Position numbers and translations under genes: made by a program. From a virus, in the UHGV virus genome UHGV-0332176: DNA of 64,000 bases, one strand, 5' to 3'. Positions 48,761 through 58,890 of this stretch are shown here, one piece after another. The notes under the pieces are model-generated. The model was not told the DNA's origin, searched no databases, and saw only the letters and a program-made list of their open reading frames with translations. How positions within the stretch are numbered: the stretch's first letter is position 1; each line of letters starts with the position of its first letter.

Positions 48761-50662
48761 ATGAAAAATGTATATTTAAATGATAAATATTTTGTGAGCC
48801 TTGATGATTTTAATAAGGATTTGATTGCCCACAAGTCAAATTTTTTTAAAGATTGTCAAGGCTTTTCTTTTATGTCTTTTTTAAAAACTATCTCATACAA
48901 TTTAGATTTCAATTCTAAAAATTATCGTTGGGGAAAACGTTATTTTAATCAAGAAAATAAAGATTTTTGTTGGGTTACTTCCAATGAACAAAAAAAAATA
49001 ATTAAATCTTTATGGGATAAAAATTCTCACAATTATATTCAACAAGAAGTTAATGCAATATTCACATCAGAAATTGTTAATAGTCATTTTATGTCTTGTT
49101 TCAAACCTCAACGAAAAATTAATTTCTATTATAAATTGTCATCATCTGAACAAAAAGAACTTCATAATCATATAGCTTCATTAAAAAATATGTATATGGT
49201 TAATGATAAGACTTATGGTTCTTCACAACAAATTGGTACAGATATTCTTCTAATTGATATTGATAATTATGAAGAAAGACACGCATTAGAAACCTTATCT
49301 TTATTTTTAGATTTTTTAAATATAAAAGTCAAGGATTTAATTTTTATTGAACAAAATGCATTTACAGGCGGTATTCATACAGCATTAAGATTACCACATA
49401 AAATTACTAATATAGAATTTTATCCATTATTAATGAAAGAACTTCAAAAAAATGATATTCGCATTGAATGTAATTTTATTAATACAATTTTAAGATTTCC
49501 ATTATCATTTGAATATGTTGCAATTCAAAAAAATGAAAATATTTTAAATTATGATGAATTCATTCCTGAAACATTATGGGAAAAAACATTTTCAGATTAT
49601 TTAAATAATCTAAATGATAACATTTGTAATTCAGATTATTTAAATAATTTAATAATTTCAACTCATCAACATCAAAAATCATTTGATATATGGGAAAATT
49701 ATTGGAATACTAAAAAAACATTATTTAAAAAGAAATCTAATGCCACTTTTACTAAACAAAATATATATAAATTAGAAAATGGTAAAAGATATGAATCAAT
49801 GTCTAAAATAATTCCATATTGTAAAATGCAGGGAATGGATTTAGATACCATTGTTGATACAATTTTTGAAAATAATGTTAACTCAAAAGATTTAGCTAAA
49901 TGGTCAAAAGATAAATTAAAAAATAATATTAAAAAATTTTATGAAAAATGTCCTGAACAATCTTTTTCAATCATTAAGTCATATAATAATTCATTTATAT
50001 CTAATCTTGCTAAATTACCACAAGTAACTCAAGACTTTTTAAATAATGAAACTTTTAACAAATGGTTTACAAATCGTTTTGTTAAATATTATATGGAAGA
50101 ACGAAATAAACATAATAATTCTTTTAATTCATTTTCAAATGAAAAATTAGAAATTTTAAATAAACAAATACCTTATTTTCTAAAAGAAATAATTGGTAAA
50201 ATGTTTTATGAAATTAATTCAAATAAAGAATATATTAATAAGAGTTTTAATTCAGTTTTAGGTTTTCAAATATCTGATACTTATTTAAAAGCATTACAAG
50301 AGCAATCTATTAAAGAACTTAACTTATCAGGAAGTTTAGCTAAAACATCTCTACAATATCTTAAAAAAGCTCTTATTAAAGCATTATCATTAGAAGAAAT
50401 TAAATATAAAAATAGAACAAGAAATTGGATGTTAGGTTCTTGTAAAGCATTTAAAATTAAAACTATCAATGATTTATATCAATTATTAAATCATTTATTT
50501 AGAGCTTGTTTTAATAATATATATAATAAAGAATTTTTATCCACTAATTATGAATTAAATAATTTACTTATTTTATTTATATCACTCGTTGAAAACTATG
50601 ACATTGTGCAGTATGATGAGGTAAATTATATTTTAGATGCTATTCCAAAAATGCAAACTTGA
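48761..50662 (+). CDS. Hypothetical protein, 633 aa
   Basis: ORF. Confidence 0.4.
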   Translation: MKNVYLNDKYFVSLDDFNKDLIAHKSNFFKDCQGFSFMSFLKTISYNLDFNSKNYRWGKRYFNQENKDFCWVTSNEQKKIIKSLWDKNSHNYIQQEVNAIFTSEIVNSHFMSCFKPQRKINFYYKLSSSEQKELHNHIASLKNMYMVNDKTYGSSQQIGTDILLIDIDNYEERHALETLSLFLDFLNIKVKDLIFIEQNAFTGGIHTALRLPHKITNIEFYPLLMKELQKNDIRIECNFINTILRFPLSFEYVAIQKNENILNYDEFIPETLWEKTFSDYLNNLNDNICNSDYLNNLIISTHQHQKSFDIWENYWNTKKTLFKKKSNATFTKQNIYKLENGKRYESMSKIIPYCKMQGMDLDTIVDTIFENNVNSKDLAKWSKDKLKNNIKKFYEKCPEQSFSIIKSYNNSFISNLAKLPQVTQDFLNNETFNKWFTNRFVKYYMEERNKHNNSFNSFSNEKLEILNKQIPYFLKEIIGKMFYEINSNKEYINKSFNSVLGFQISDTYLKALQEQSIKELNLSGSLAKTSLQYLKKALIKALSLEEIKYKNRTRNWMLGSCKAFKIKTINDLYQLLNHLFRACFNNIYNKEFLSTNYELNNLLILFISLVENYDIVQYDEVNYILDAIPKMQT

Positions 50663-50770
50663 AAGATAATTAATTTTTTATAAAAAAAGCATTTACATTT
50701 AGAAAAATAATTATAAACTATAATATAAAATAATATTATAGATATTTAATTTTGTGTAAGGAGTGAAATT

Positions 50771-51061
50771 ATGCTTAGTGCATTGCTGACTGTTTTATCT
50801 TTTTTTGTAATTTATTTGCTTATAGGAGTAATTGTTTTTGGATTTTTGTATGTTTATAGTGATACTGGTTCAGAATGGGATATTACTAATATAGATTGTG
50901 ATGAACAAATTTTGGTTTGGATATTATGGGTAGTATTTCTTATTATTTTTTTGTTTCAAAGAATTGGTAAACAATATATTAGATTATTAAAAAACATACG
51001 TAATGATGTATTAAAAAATAATAAAAATACATTGACAAATAAAAATAATGATATAAAATAA
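50771..51061 (+). CDS. Small two-TM membrane protein, paralog 1 (YLLIGVIVFGFLYVYSD), 96 aa
   Basis: AAGGAG SD. Two hydrophobic helices. Shared motif with the next gene. Confidence 0.5.
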   Translation: MLSALLTVLSFFVIYLLIGVIVFGFLYVYSDTGSEWDITNIDCDEQILVWILWVVFLIIFLFQRIGKQYIRLLKNIRNDVLKNNKNTLTNKNNDIK

Positions 51062-51087
51062 TAGTAAATTAATCGCAATACTCGGTA

Positions 51088-51375
51088 TTGTTAAGTTTAA
51101 CATTTATTAAAAAGGAAAAGAAAATGATTACTGGTTCAACTGTTTTTAGTTATTTTTTGGTTTATCTGTTGATTGGTTTTGTTTTTTTGGGTATTTTGTA
51201 TGTTTATGGAGATAAGTTTGGGATGGATGAACTTTTCCATCAAGATTTAGAAAGAAATTTTTTTCTTTTTTGTATTTTATGGATATGTATATTTTTTGGT
51301 GTTAGTTATTATTTAATTAATAATTTTTTACTTTTTATATTAAAAAAATTGCGTGCATTAAGATTTAAAAATTGA
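51088..51375 (+). CDS. Small two-TM membrane protein, paralog 2 (YLLIGFVFLGILYVYGD), 95 aa
   Basis: Tandem duplicate of the preceding gene. Confidence 0.5.
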   Translation: MLSLTFIKKEKKMITGSTVFSYFLVYLLIGFVFLGILYVYGDKFGMDELFHQDLERNFFLFCILWICIFFGVSYYLINNFLLFILKKLRALRFKN

Positions 51376-51396
51376 AAAACCAAATAAGTTTATGTT

Positions 51397-51428
51397 AAAC
51401 TCCTTATAAGATTTTTTATAAGGAGTTT
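51397..51428 (+). terminator. Terminator hairpin AAACTCCTTATAAG-loop-TTATAAGGAGTTT whose 3' arm contains the AAGGAG SD of the gene starting at 51431
   Basis: Inverted repeat plus T5, ending 2 nt before the ATG. Confidence 0.55.
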
Positions 51429-51430
51429 TT

Positions 51431-51913
51431 ATGTCATTAAATAAAGAAATTTTAACAACTATTTTAAAAGAAAATGTTTGTGATGTTACATTTACTAAAA
51501 AAGATGGAACTGAAAGAGTAATGAAATCAACATTAATGGAAGAATATGTAAAGCCATTAATTTCAAATGAAACAACAGAAAAGAAAGAGCGTAAAGAAAA
51601 TCCAAATCAAGTTTGTGTAGTTGATTTAGAAAAAAATGCTTGGAGAAGTTTTAATGCAGATACTGTTAAAGGGATTCGTTTGACAGAAATTGTTAAAGAA
51701 AATATTAAACCTGTTGAAACAGTTAAAGATGAGGTTGTTAAGCCATTAAGTGATGAAATTAAAAGTGATATGGAATTTATTACTGAAAAATTAGATGCTG
51801 TTGGTTTAAAAATGAAAGATTTAAAAAGTGATATTTATATGTATTCAAACGGACATAATAAAACATATGATAGGGATGGAAATTTAGTATCTTTTGAGGA
51901 AGGTAATGTTTAG
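51431..51913 (+). CDS. Hypothetical phage protein (DUF2693/SH3-like signature suspected: VTFTKKDGTERVM ... WRSF), 160 aa
   Basis: Motif recollection only. Confidence 0.35.
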   Translation: MSLNKEILTTILKENVCDVTFTKKDGTERVMKSTLMEEYVKPLISNETTEKKERKENPNQVCVVDLEKNAWRSFNADTVKGIRLTEIVKENIKPVETVKDEVVKPLSDEIKSDMEFITEKLDAVGLKMKDLKSDIYMYSNGHNKTYDRDGNLVSFEEGNV

Positions 51914-52106
51914 AATAAAACTTAATAAAAAAGATGCTGATAAAATTCAGGAATCTTTAAAATGTATTGATGATGAATATTTTTTAGAAGTTAATAAAAA
52001 GAATGTTATTGTGAACGATATGTATCATTTAAATGATAACATTAATATTATAATTAAAGGGTATGATGGTATTCACGATTATTATTATGGGAAAATCAAA
52101 GAATGA
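51894..52106 (+). CDS. Small hypothetical protein, 70 aa
   Basis: ORF overlapping the upstream gene end. Confidence 0.3.
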   Translation: MRKVMFRIKLNKKDADKIQESLKCIDDEYFLEVNKKNVIVNDMYHLNDNINIIIKGYDGIHDYYYGKIKE

Positions 52107-52408
52107 AATTAAAAGATATGAAATTATCACAAATTCGTAAGTTATCTGAATGTTATTGGGTTCAGCATCCAATGCAGTTATATGGAACAAAAGAAACAAA
52201 TAATGCAAAGTATAATAATGCTGCTATATTTCAATTAAATAATGAAAATATATTATATGGAATGAAACATTTTATGTTATATGATGAAGACCATATATTT
52301 ACGACAATAGATGAAGCAATTAATTATTGTAAAGAATATGGTTGGAATTATAGCATTACAAAAAATTATAATTATAAAGGGGATATTGATAATGGTAAAA
52401 ATAATTGA
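52103..52408 (+). CDS. Hypothetical protein, 101 aa
   Basis: ORF with ATGA overlap with the previous gene. Confidence 0.35.
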   Translation: MKLKDMKLSQIRKLSECYWVQHPMQLYGTKETNNAKYNNAAIFQLNNENILYGMKHFMLYDEDHIFTTIDEAINYCKEYGWNYSITKNYNYKGDIDNGKNN

Positions 52409-53108
52409 ACCACACGTTGAAGTTATTTCAGAAATTGATGGTGATAAAATTTTAAAGCAAATTGAAAGATGTGCAAGAAATTGTTATAAATCGGAAGGTA
52501 ATATTTCAGAAGATACAACATCTGCGGTGAAAATGATTAGTAAATTGATTGAATTAAATCATACGGCTATGATTGAATTTGCTGATATTATAGTTAATTT
52601 AATTTGCGATATTGGTGTTTATAAGGATTTAACAAGACATAGACATTGTAGCTTTGCTATTGAGAGCACTAGATATTGTAATTATTCTAAAGGGAAATTC
52701 GGTAATGAAATTTCGGTAATAAAACCTTGTAATATGGATGAAAATTCAGGAATTTATCATACTTGGCTTAAATCTATGACAGATATGGAAAAAGCATATA
52801 TGCAAATGGCAGAATTAGGAGCATTACCAGACCAATTAAGAATGGTTTTACCACATAGTTGTGCTGCATCAGTTATGATGAAAGCAAATATTAGAGAATG
52901 GCGACATATTTTTCAGCTTCGTTGTGCAAAACAAGCTCATCCATCTGTTCGTCAAATTATGTTATTAACTTTAAATGAATTTCATAATAAAATTCCTGTA
53001 TTATTTGATGATTTATTTTCGGAATATAAACAAGATATTATAGATACATATTCTAAATTAGAAACTAATTCTGAAACAGGTATTTTATATTCAAATTCAA
53101 ATTTATAA
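52392..53108 (+). CDS. thyX: Flavin-dependent thymidylate synthase ThyX, 238 aa from MVKIIEPH
   Basis: ThyX signature RHRHCSFAIESTR (RHRx7-8S). The ORF track starts at 52311, but the ATG at 52392 has an AAGGGG SD 9 nt upstream and avoids a long overlap with the preceding ORF. Confidence 0.8.
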   Translation: MVKIIEPHVEVISEIDGDKILKQIERCARNCYKSEGNISEDTTSAVKMISKLIELNHTAMIEFADIIVNLICDIGVYKDLTRHRHCSFAIESTRYCNYSKGKFGNEISVIKPCNMDENSGIYHTWLKSMTDMEKAYMQMAELGALPDQLRMVLPHSCAASVMMKANIREWRHIFQLRCAKQAHPSVRQIMLLTLNEFHNKIPVLFDDLFSEYKQDIIDTYSKLETNSETGILYSNSNL

Positions 53109-53128
53109 AACTTCTTGACAAATTATGA

Positions 53129-53163
53129 AACCTGTGTTATAAATATTCACAGGTTATTTTTTT
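53129..53163 (+). terminator. Terminator hairpin (AACCTGTG-TTATAAATATT-CACAGGTT plus T8) after thyX. The loop carries TATAAATA and the region also contains TTGACA-17-TATAAA
   Basis: Inverted repeat plus T-run. Promoter-like hexamers read directly. Confidence 0.5.
53138..53145 (+). promoter_or_regulatory. Candidate late promoter TATAAATA, 29 nt upstream of the first radical-SAM gene (also the -10 of a sigma70-like TTGACA-17-TATAAA)
   Basis: Exact motifs. Confidence 0.35.
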
Positions 53164-53173
53164 AGGATAAATT

Positions 53174-54517
53174 ATGAAATTTAATGAATATTTTAAGTTA
53201 AAAGATATAACAATTAATGTTACAAATTCTTGTAATTTAAATTGTGCTTATTGTTTTGAGCATAATAAAAATGGTTTAAAAATGTCAACTAATATGGTTG
53301 AGAAAATTATTGATAAAAGTTATGAAAATTATGTTTTAAATAATGAAACAAAATTTCCTTTTGTTGTTAATTTTTTTGGTGGAGAACCATTTTTAGCATT
53401 TGATGTAATGGAACACGCAATGAAATATGCCAATAATAAAAAATATAATATTTCATTTGGTGTAACAACAAATTTAACGATGCTTACAGACCATATGATT
53501 GATATTATTGAAGAATATGAATTGGGATTATTAGTGTCAGTTGATGGTATTAAAAAAATACACGATAGAAATCGTTGTAATTCTTATGACATTGTTATAT
53601 CTAATCTTAAAAAATTAATAGATAGAGGTTTAAAACATCTTATTGAAATTAGAATGACTGTTATGCCTGCTGATTTAAAAGATTTATTAAGTGGTATTCA
53701 AGAATTATATAATTTAGGAATTGATAATATTGCTCCTGTTCCTGTTACCGATACAAAATGGGAAGATTATGATTATATGAATTTAAGAGATGAAATGATT
53801 AAAATTTGGGAATGGGCATTTTTAATTTATAATGATGAAAACAATAAAAGAAATCTATCTATTAAATGTATAGATGATTATTTAGAAATGGTGTTATGCC
53901 CTGATATTTTATTACCTGAACAACGTAAAGTTTGTACAGCAGGAACATTTTCATCTTGTTCTTTTGGAGTTGATGGTGATATACTTCCTTGTCATCAACG
54001 TCATACAATTTCTGACCATTATGATGAATTAGTTATGGGTAATATTAATGATGATGAAATTAAAGAAATTAATTTTAATAATCAAACAATTGCTAACGAA
54101 AATAAAAATTGTGATGTATGTAATGCAAGAGCAATTTGTAAAGGGGGATGTCCATCTGAAAATTTAACATTGAATAAAGATGGAAATATTATGAATGATG
54201 TTCAATGTAATGTTTTAGAATATATGGTTGATGTTGCACAGCAATATCAATGGTGGCTTTTAAATGATATGTTACCTAATATTCGTTCTCGTAAATTAAA
54301 TATTTTAAGTCAAAATTTAAAATTATTAGGAATGTTATTAGATATTATTAAAAATGAAAGAAGTATTCAAGATAATGAAATTCAATTATTAAAATTTTAT
54401 GAAAAGTTATCTGATATTGAAGGAATACTTTTGCCTAATTTTAGAGATGCAATAAATTTTATAATTTATGGTATGGTAAATATTATTGATGAACAAATTA
54501 AAAATGAAGGTAAATGA
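53174..54517 (+). CDS. Radical SAM / SPASM-domain enzyme 1 (anSME-like peptide-modifying type), 447 aa
   Basis: CNLNCAYC, FFGGEP and VSVDG...HDRNR motifs. C-terminal SPASM cysteines (CTAGTF..C.....PCHQ...; CDVCNARAICKGGC). Confidence 0.8.
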   Translation: MKFNEYFKLKDITINVTNSCNLNCAYCFEHNKNGLKMSTNMVEKIIDKSYENYVLNNETKFPFVVNFFGGEPFLAFDVMEHAMKYANNKKYNISFGVTTNLTMLTDHMIDIIEEYELGLLVSVDGIKKIHDRNRCNSYDIVISNLKKLIDRGLKHLIEIRMTVMPADLKDLLSGIQELYNLGIDNIAPVPVTDTKWEDYDYMNLRDEMIKIWEWAFLIYNDENNKRNLSIKCIDDYLEMVLCPDILLPEQRKVCTAGTFSSCSFGVDGDILPCHQRHTISDHYDELVMGNINDDEIKEINFNNQTIANENKNCDVCNARAICKGGCPSENLTLNKDGNIMNDVQCNVLEYMVDVAQQYQWWLLNDMLPNIRSRKLNILSQNLKLLGMLLDIIKNERSIQDNEIQLLKFYEKLSDIEGILLPNFRDAINFIIYGMVNIIDEQIKNEGK

Positions 54518-55335
54518 TGGCTGATAGTAATATTGTTAATCGTCAAATATATCAAGATATTAGAGATACTTTTAAACAACGAGCAATGAATTGGAACGGT
54601 GTTTGGAAAGTTTGGAATAATCAATCTCCTGATTGGGGCGGACGTTGGGTTGGTGGTTGGAAAGGACCAGCAATTAAGATGCACGATACTATTCCTGAAT
54701 CAGAAAGGGATAGAATTCAAAAAGAATATACTGGTTTATCAGGTGAAGTTAATCAAGTTATTGTTGAAGAATCATCTAAAATTCATACATTAGGTAATGA
54801 AAATAATATTCGTAGAGCGGTTATTAGTTTAAATAATGTGACAGATGCAAATATCGGTGTTTATTTAGGAAGTCAAAAATTACCAAAAATTGAGATTAAC
54901 ACAATTGGAACAGCTGGAAATTTTAATCCTGATGTAAATATTGCTAATACATCTGATGATTATACTGTAAACAAATATAATACTTCATATGTTAGAGATA
55001 TACCAGCTAATAAAGTTGTTAATACAACAACAGGTCAAGAAATACCATTAAATTCTGTTATTACAAAAGATATTAATCAAAAAACTCAAATGGCAGGAAC
55101 ATCTGACCCAACTCAATCATCGCAAGCTGAAGGTATTGTTAAAAAATCAGATTATGAATTGATTAGAACAGTTTTAGAAAGAATCAAAGATTGTTTAATT
55201 CAAAAAAATTCTTGGTTTACTTATAATGGTATTTGTAGTCGTAGTTGTCAAATAAATTGCCAAAATAGATGTCAAGTTTCTTGTCAGGCTTGTAATACTA
55301 AACAATGTCACGACCAAAATTGTGGTACTTCATAG
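54514..55335 (+). CDS. Putative substrate/precursor protein: Trp-rich N-terminal region and C-terminal Cys-rich tail CSRSCQINCQNRCQVSCQACNTKQCHDQNCGTS, 273 aa
   Basis: Eight Cys in the final 31 residues with CxxxC periodicity. Gene embedded between SPASM enzymes. Start ATGA overlaps the upstream gene. Confidence 0.5.
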   Translation: MMADSNIVNRQIYQDIRDTFKQRAMNWNGVWKVWNNQSPDWGGRWVGGWKGPAIKMHDTIPESERDRIQKEYTGLSGEVNQVIVEESSKIHTLGNENNIRRAVISLNNVTDANIGVYLGSQKLPKIEINTIGTAGNFNPDVNIANTSDDYTVNKYNTSYVRDIPANKVVNTTTGQEIPLNSVITKDINQKTQMAGTSDPTQSSQAEGIVKKSDYELIRTVLERIKDCLIQKNSWFTYNGICSRSCQINCQNRCQVSCQACNTKQCHDQNCGTS

Positions 55336-55347
55336 GATAAAAATTAA

Positions 55348-56550
55348 ATGGAAATGTATGAAAAAATCAAGAAATTGACTGTAAAGACTTTTTCTGGTTG
55401 TAATCTTAATTGTCAATATTGTCATCAATTAAATGATGATAAACATAAACCATTATCATTTACAAAATATGATGAATTATCACAATTTTTATTAACTATT
55501 CCGTTAGATGATAAAGTTATTGTTTCAATTGTTGGGGGAGAAGTATCTTTAAGACCAGATTTAATAGAAAATTTATATAAAAAATCTTTATTAAAAGTAT
55601 CAAGACAAAAAGATGTTCAATTTGAATGTGGAACAGTTACTAATGGAACAAATATTGATTATATTTTAGATTTATGTGATAGAGATATATTTAAGCCAAA
55701 ACATTGTGCATTTTCTTGGGATGGTTTGTATTCTGCTTCCTTATCTCGTAAATGTAATGGGTTATTTAATGATGAATTTTTTCAAAATGTTGTTAAAAAA
55801 ATTGGTAAGAGTAAACATAGAGATGATTTTACGATTGTTCACGCTATAACTCCAGAAACATTAGATTACTTATATGATAGTTTTAAATTTTGTATAGATA
55901 ATGGAGCAATTAATTTTGGTTATTATTTAATTCACGAAGGAAATTATAGTGATATAAACCTTCAAGAAAAATTTAAAAATCAAATTTATAAAATATATAA
56001 TTTGTATGTTGAAGAAGCAAATAAAGGAAATTATATTAATTTATTTAATTGGTTAAATATTACTTTAAGAAGACGTATTAATGAAGCCTTTTTTACGTGT
56101 GCCAAATTAGGTATAAATTATTATATTGACCCTGATGGTGATATATATCCGTGCATATATTTTGGTGACCATAGAGCATATAAATTTGGTAATATAAAAA
56201 CAGGAATTGATAAAAATATTCAAGATAAATTTATTGAAGATTATTATCATTATCCGCAATGTGAATTTAAAACTTGTAAATGTTACCAATGTAATGAATG
56301 TCCTGCATCTAATTATGTTCATAATGGAAATATGAATATGCGATTTAAAAATGGATGTGCATTATATCAAATTGAAAATCAAATTTATGATGAATTATCT
56401 AAAAAAATTATAAGACAAGATATTTATACATCTGAAGATAGAAATAGACATATATTTGATTTAAATAAATTTGTTGATTGCGAATTAGATATAACACAAA
56501 ATAGTTATCAATCTCCAAATTTAGAATTTGTTAGAAAATGGAGAAAATAA
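55348..56550 (+). CDS. Radical SAM / SPASM-domain enzyme 2, 400 aa
   Basis: CNLNCQYC and IVGGEVSL motifs. C-terminal IDPDGDIYPC ... CEFKTCKCYQCNEC. Confidence 0.8.
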   Translation: MEMYEKIKKLTVKTFSGCNLNCQYCHQLNDDKHKPLSFTKYDELSQFLLTIPLDDKVIVSIVGGEVSLRPDLIENLYKKSLLKVSRQKDVQFECGTVTNGTNIDYILDLCDRDIFKPKHCAFSWDGLYSASLSRKCNGLFNDEFFQNVVKKIGKSKHRDDFTIVHAITPETLDYLYDSFKFCIDNGAINFGYYLIHEGNYSDINLQEKFKNQIYKIYNLYVEEANKGNYINLFNWLNITLRRRINEAFFTCAKLGINYYIDPDGDIYPCIYFGDHRAYKFGNIKTGIDKNIQDKFIEDYYHYPQCEFKTCKCYQCNECPASNYVHNGNMNMRFKNGCALYQIENQIYDELSKKIIRQDIYTSEDRNRHIFDLNKFVDCELDITQNSYQSPNLEFVRKWRK

Positions 56551-57710
56551 TGGGAAATATTAAATTACCACCAATAATTACGCACGCTTATATTATGGTT
56601 ACTGAACAATGTAATTTACGTTGTCAATATTGTTATATTAAAAATAGGGATATTAAAAACGAATTTCCGTTTGAATGGATGGAAAAAGTTAAAAAAATGT
56701 TTACTTGTTACAATAAACCAAGAATAATATTTTTTGGTGGAGAACCATTATTAAAAGTTGAGTTAATTAAACAAATTGTTAATGAATATAAAAATGATTT
56801 TCAATTTCAAGTTGTAACAAATGGAACGATTAATTTTCATAAATTTATGGATGAAGTTTATGAACCAAATAAAACAAATTTTGATGTACAAATATCGTGG
56901 GATGGTAATGTTGATACTCGGAAAACGTATAATGGAAATATAACTAATTTAACTGTTTATGATAATATTATATCAGAATTAAATAAAGGAAGAATTTTAG
57001 TTGGAAGATGTGTTTTAAATGAAGAATCAGTAAAAAATTTTTATAATACATACCAAACATTTAAAAAATTAAATAAAGAATATAAATTTGGTGCAGATTT
57101 TACGATTGCTCATCAGCCATTATTTCAAGAAACATTTTTTAGTGATTTAATAAATGAGCTTCAAAAAATATATCAAGATATACAAATAGATTTAAAAAAT
57201 AATCAACATTTATATATTCCCAATCTTTTATTAAAAACAATTACAAATATTTTAGAAAATGAACCTGTTATTTCTTGTGATGTTGGGTCATATGTTGTTT
57301 TAAAACCAAATGGTGATGTTTATCCGTGTACAATTTTATCACAACAAGATGAAAGATTTAAATTAGGTAATATTAATGAAACTGTTGATACAGAATTAAT
57401 TAATGATTTACGATATAAATCATCTTGTAAAAAAGAATGTCCATTTAAAGCCATTTGTGATGGTGGTTGCAGATATGAAAGAATTATTAATTATCCACAA
57501 ACTTGGTGTACTGATATATGTTCACATACTTGTAAAATTTATGAGGGAATTTATAATGAAACAATAAATTTTTTAAATATGTTATCAAAAGAAGAAACAA
57601 CGAAGTTATATGAAATATTAACACAATATAATATTTGGAGTATAAATTACCGAAATAATAATCATAATAGAATAGATAATCAAGATAGATTAACAAATAT
57701 AAAGATATAA
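56538..57710 (+). CDS. Radical SAM / SPASM-domain enzyme 3, 390 aa
   Basis: CNLRCQYC and FFGGEPLL motifs. C-terminal LKPNGDVYPC ... CKKECPFKAICDGGC. Confidence 0.8.
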   Translation: MEKIMGNIKLPPIITHAYIMVTEQCNLRCQYCYIKNRDIKNEFPFEWMEKVKKMFTCYNKPRIIFFGGEPLLKVELIKQIVNEYKNDFQFQVVTNGTINFHKFMDEVYEPNKTNFDVQISWDGNVDTRKTYNGNITNLTVYDNIISELNKGRILVGRCVLNEESVKNFYNTYQTFKKLNKEYKFGADFTIAHQPLFQETFFSDLINELQKIYQDIQIDLKNNQHLYIPNLLLKTITNILENEPVISCDVGSYVVLKPNGDVYPCTILSQQDERFKLGNINETVDTELINDLRYKSSCKKECPFKAICDGGCRYERIINYPQTWCTDICSHTCKIYEGIYNETINFLNMLSKEETTKLYEILTQYNIWSINYRNNNHNRIDNQDRLTNIKI

Positions 57711-57736
57711 ATATTTGTATTATAAAGGAAGTAAAA

Positions 57737-58882
57737 ATGTTATTATTTATGCCTGAAAGAATTTATGAATATTTTAAAAATGATGAAATTTTAAATGAAA
57801 AACTTGAAAAAGTTAGATTATTATTATTAAATCCAGAACATCATTATGATTTAAAAGATTTATTAAAAATGAATAATGAAATGTTTACAGATGTTCATCA
57901 ATATTTGCTTGAAAAAGTGCCAGAAGATTTGAAAGAAGAAATGAAAATTTGTTCTGACAATCATAAAGGTGGGTCAGACAAATATATGATTAATTTTGAT
58001 AATTATGATGATGAAACAAAAATATTTTTATTGTATATTTACAATAATGGGGATATGAGTCCAAATGATGCATTATATGATAGATATAATAAAATTGAAC
58101 AAATTTATGAAAAAAATGAAATGCAAAATTTTTCGCCATTTATTCATACAATTTATTATTTTGTTAAATTATTTTTGCATTGGGTTAATAATGAAAATAT
58201 AAAATATGTTAATGAAAATGGATTTTTCCCTTATGAAAATATTAAAAAATTTTTAAGTTTTGAAGAAGATTTATATAATAAAATATTACTAAAATGTAAT
58301 ACTGAACAATTTTTTCATATTTTATTTCATAAACGTATACAAATGATGTTTATGTTTATGCTTTTTATTGGTCAATTTAGTGATAATTTTGATAAAGTCG
58401 TTGATGATATAGTTAGACGTGTTTATAATAATAGATTTAAATATGATAATTTTAATTATTTAAAAATTGCTATTAATCATATTTTTTTTCAAACATATTT
58501 TGATAAAGGGAATTTTATTAAAGCTAAAAAATATTTAATGTATAATATTTCAATTATTAATTATGGATTTTCACATAAATTTGAAATGGTAAAAGCATTA
58601 AATCATTTTAATAAAATTTTTAATAGAGAATTTTGTAATTATTTGTTTTTCTTATATACAATGATACGAGTTTATATTCCAAAATTACAAAAAGAATTTA
58701 ATATTTTAAATTGTCCTGATGCAACAGAATTTGAAAAACGATTATTATTTGGAAAATTTAATGATGATGAAAAAAATTTAGGTATAGATACAAATCCAAA
58801 TGAATGGTTATCTTTTAAATGGTGTCAGAATAATAAAGTATCATTTGATTATTTTAATCAAATAGTTGACAAGATAAATTAA
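57737..58882 (+). CDS. Hypothetical protein, last gene of the radical-SAM operon, 381 aa
   Basis: ORF with SD (aaggaag) upstream, followed by a terminator. Confidence 0.4.
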   Translation: MLLFMPERIYEYFKNDEILNEKLEKVRLLLLNPEHHYDLKDLLKMNNEMFTDVHQYLLEKVPEDLKEEMKICSDNHKGGSDKYMINFDNYDDETKIFLLYIYNNGDMSPNDALYDRYNKIEQIYEKNEMQNFSPFIHTIYYFVKLFLHWVNNENIKYVNENGFFPYENIKKFLSFEEDLYNKILLKCNTEQFFHILFHKRIQMMFMFMLFIGQFSDNFDKVVDDIVRRVYNNRFKYDNFNYLKIAINHIFFQTYFDKGNFIKAKKYLMYNISIINYGFSHKFEMVKALNHFNKIFNREFCNYLFFLYTMIRVYIPKLQKEFNILNCPDATEFEKRLLFGKFNDDEKNLGIDTNPNEWLSFKWCQNNKVSFDYFNQIVDKIN

Positions 58883-58890
58883 ATATGCTA

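Noticed and set aside
52311-52391. Upstream 27-codon extension of thyX given by the ORF track
   Set aside because: Overlaps the preceding gene in another frame and encodes an Ile-rich low-complexity peptide. The internal ATG at 52392 has a proper SD and begins the conserved ThyX N-terminus.
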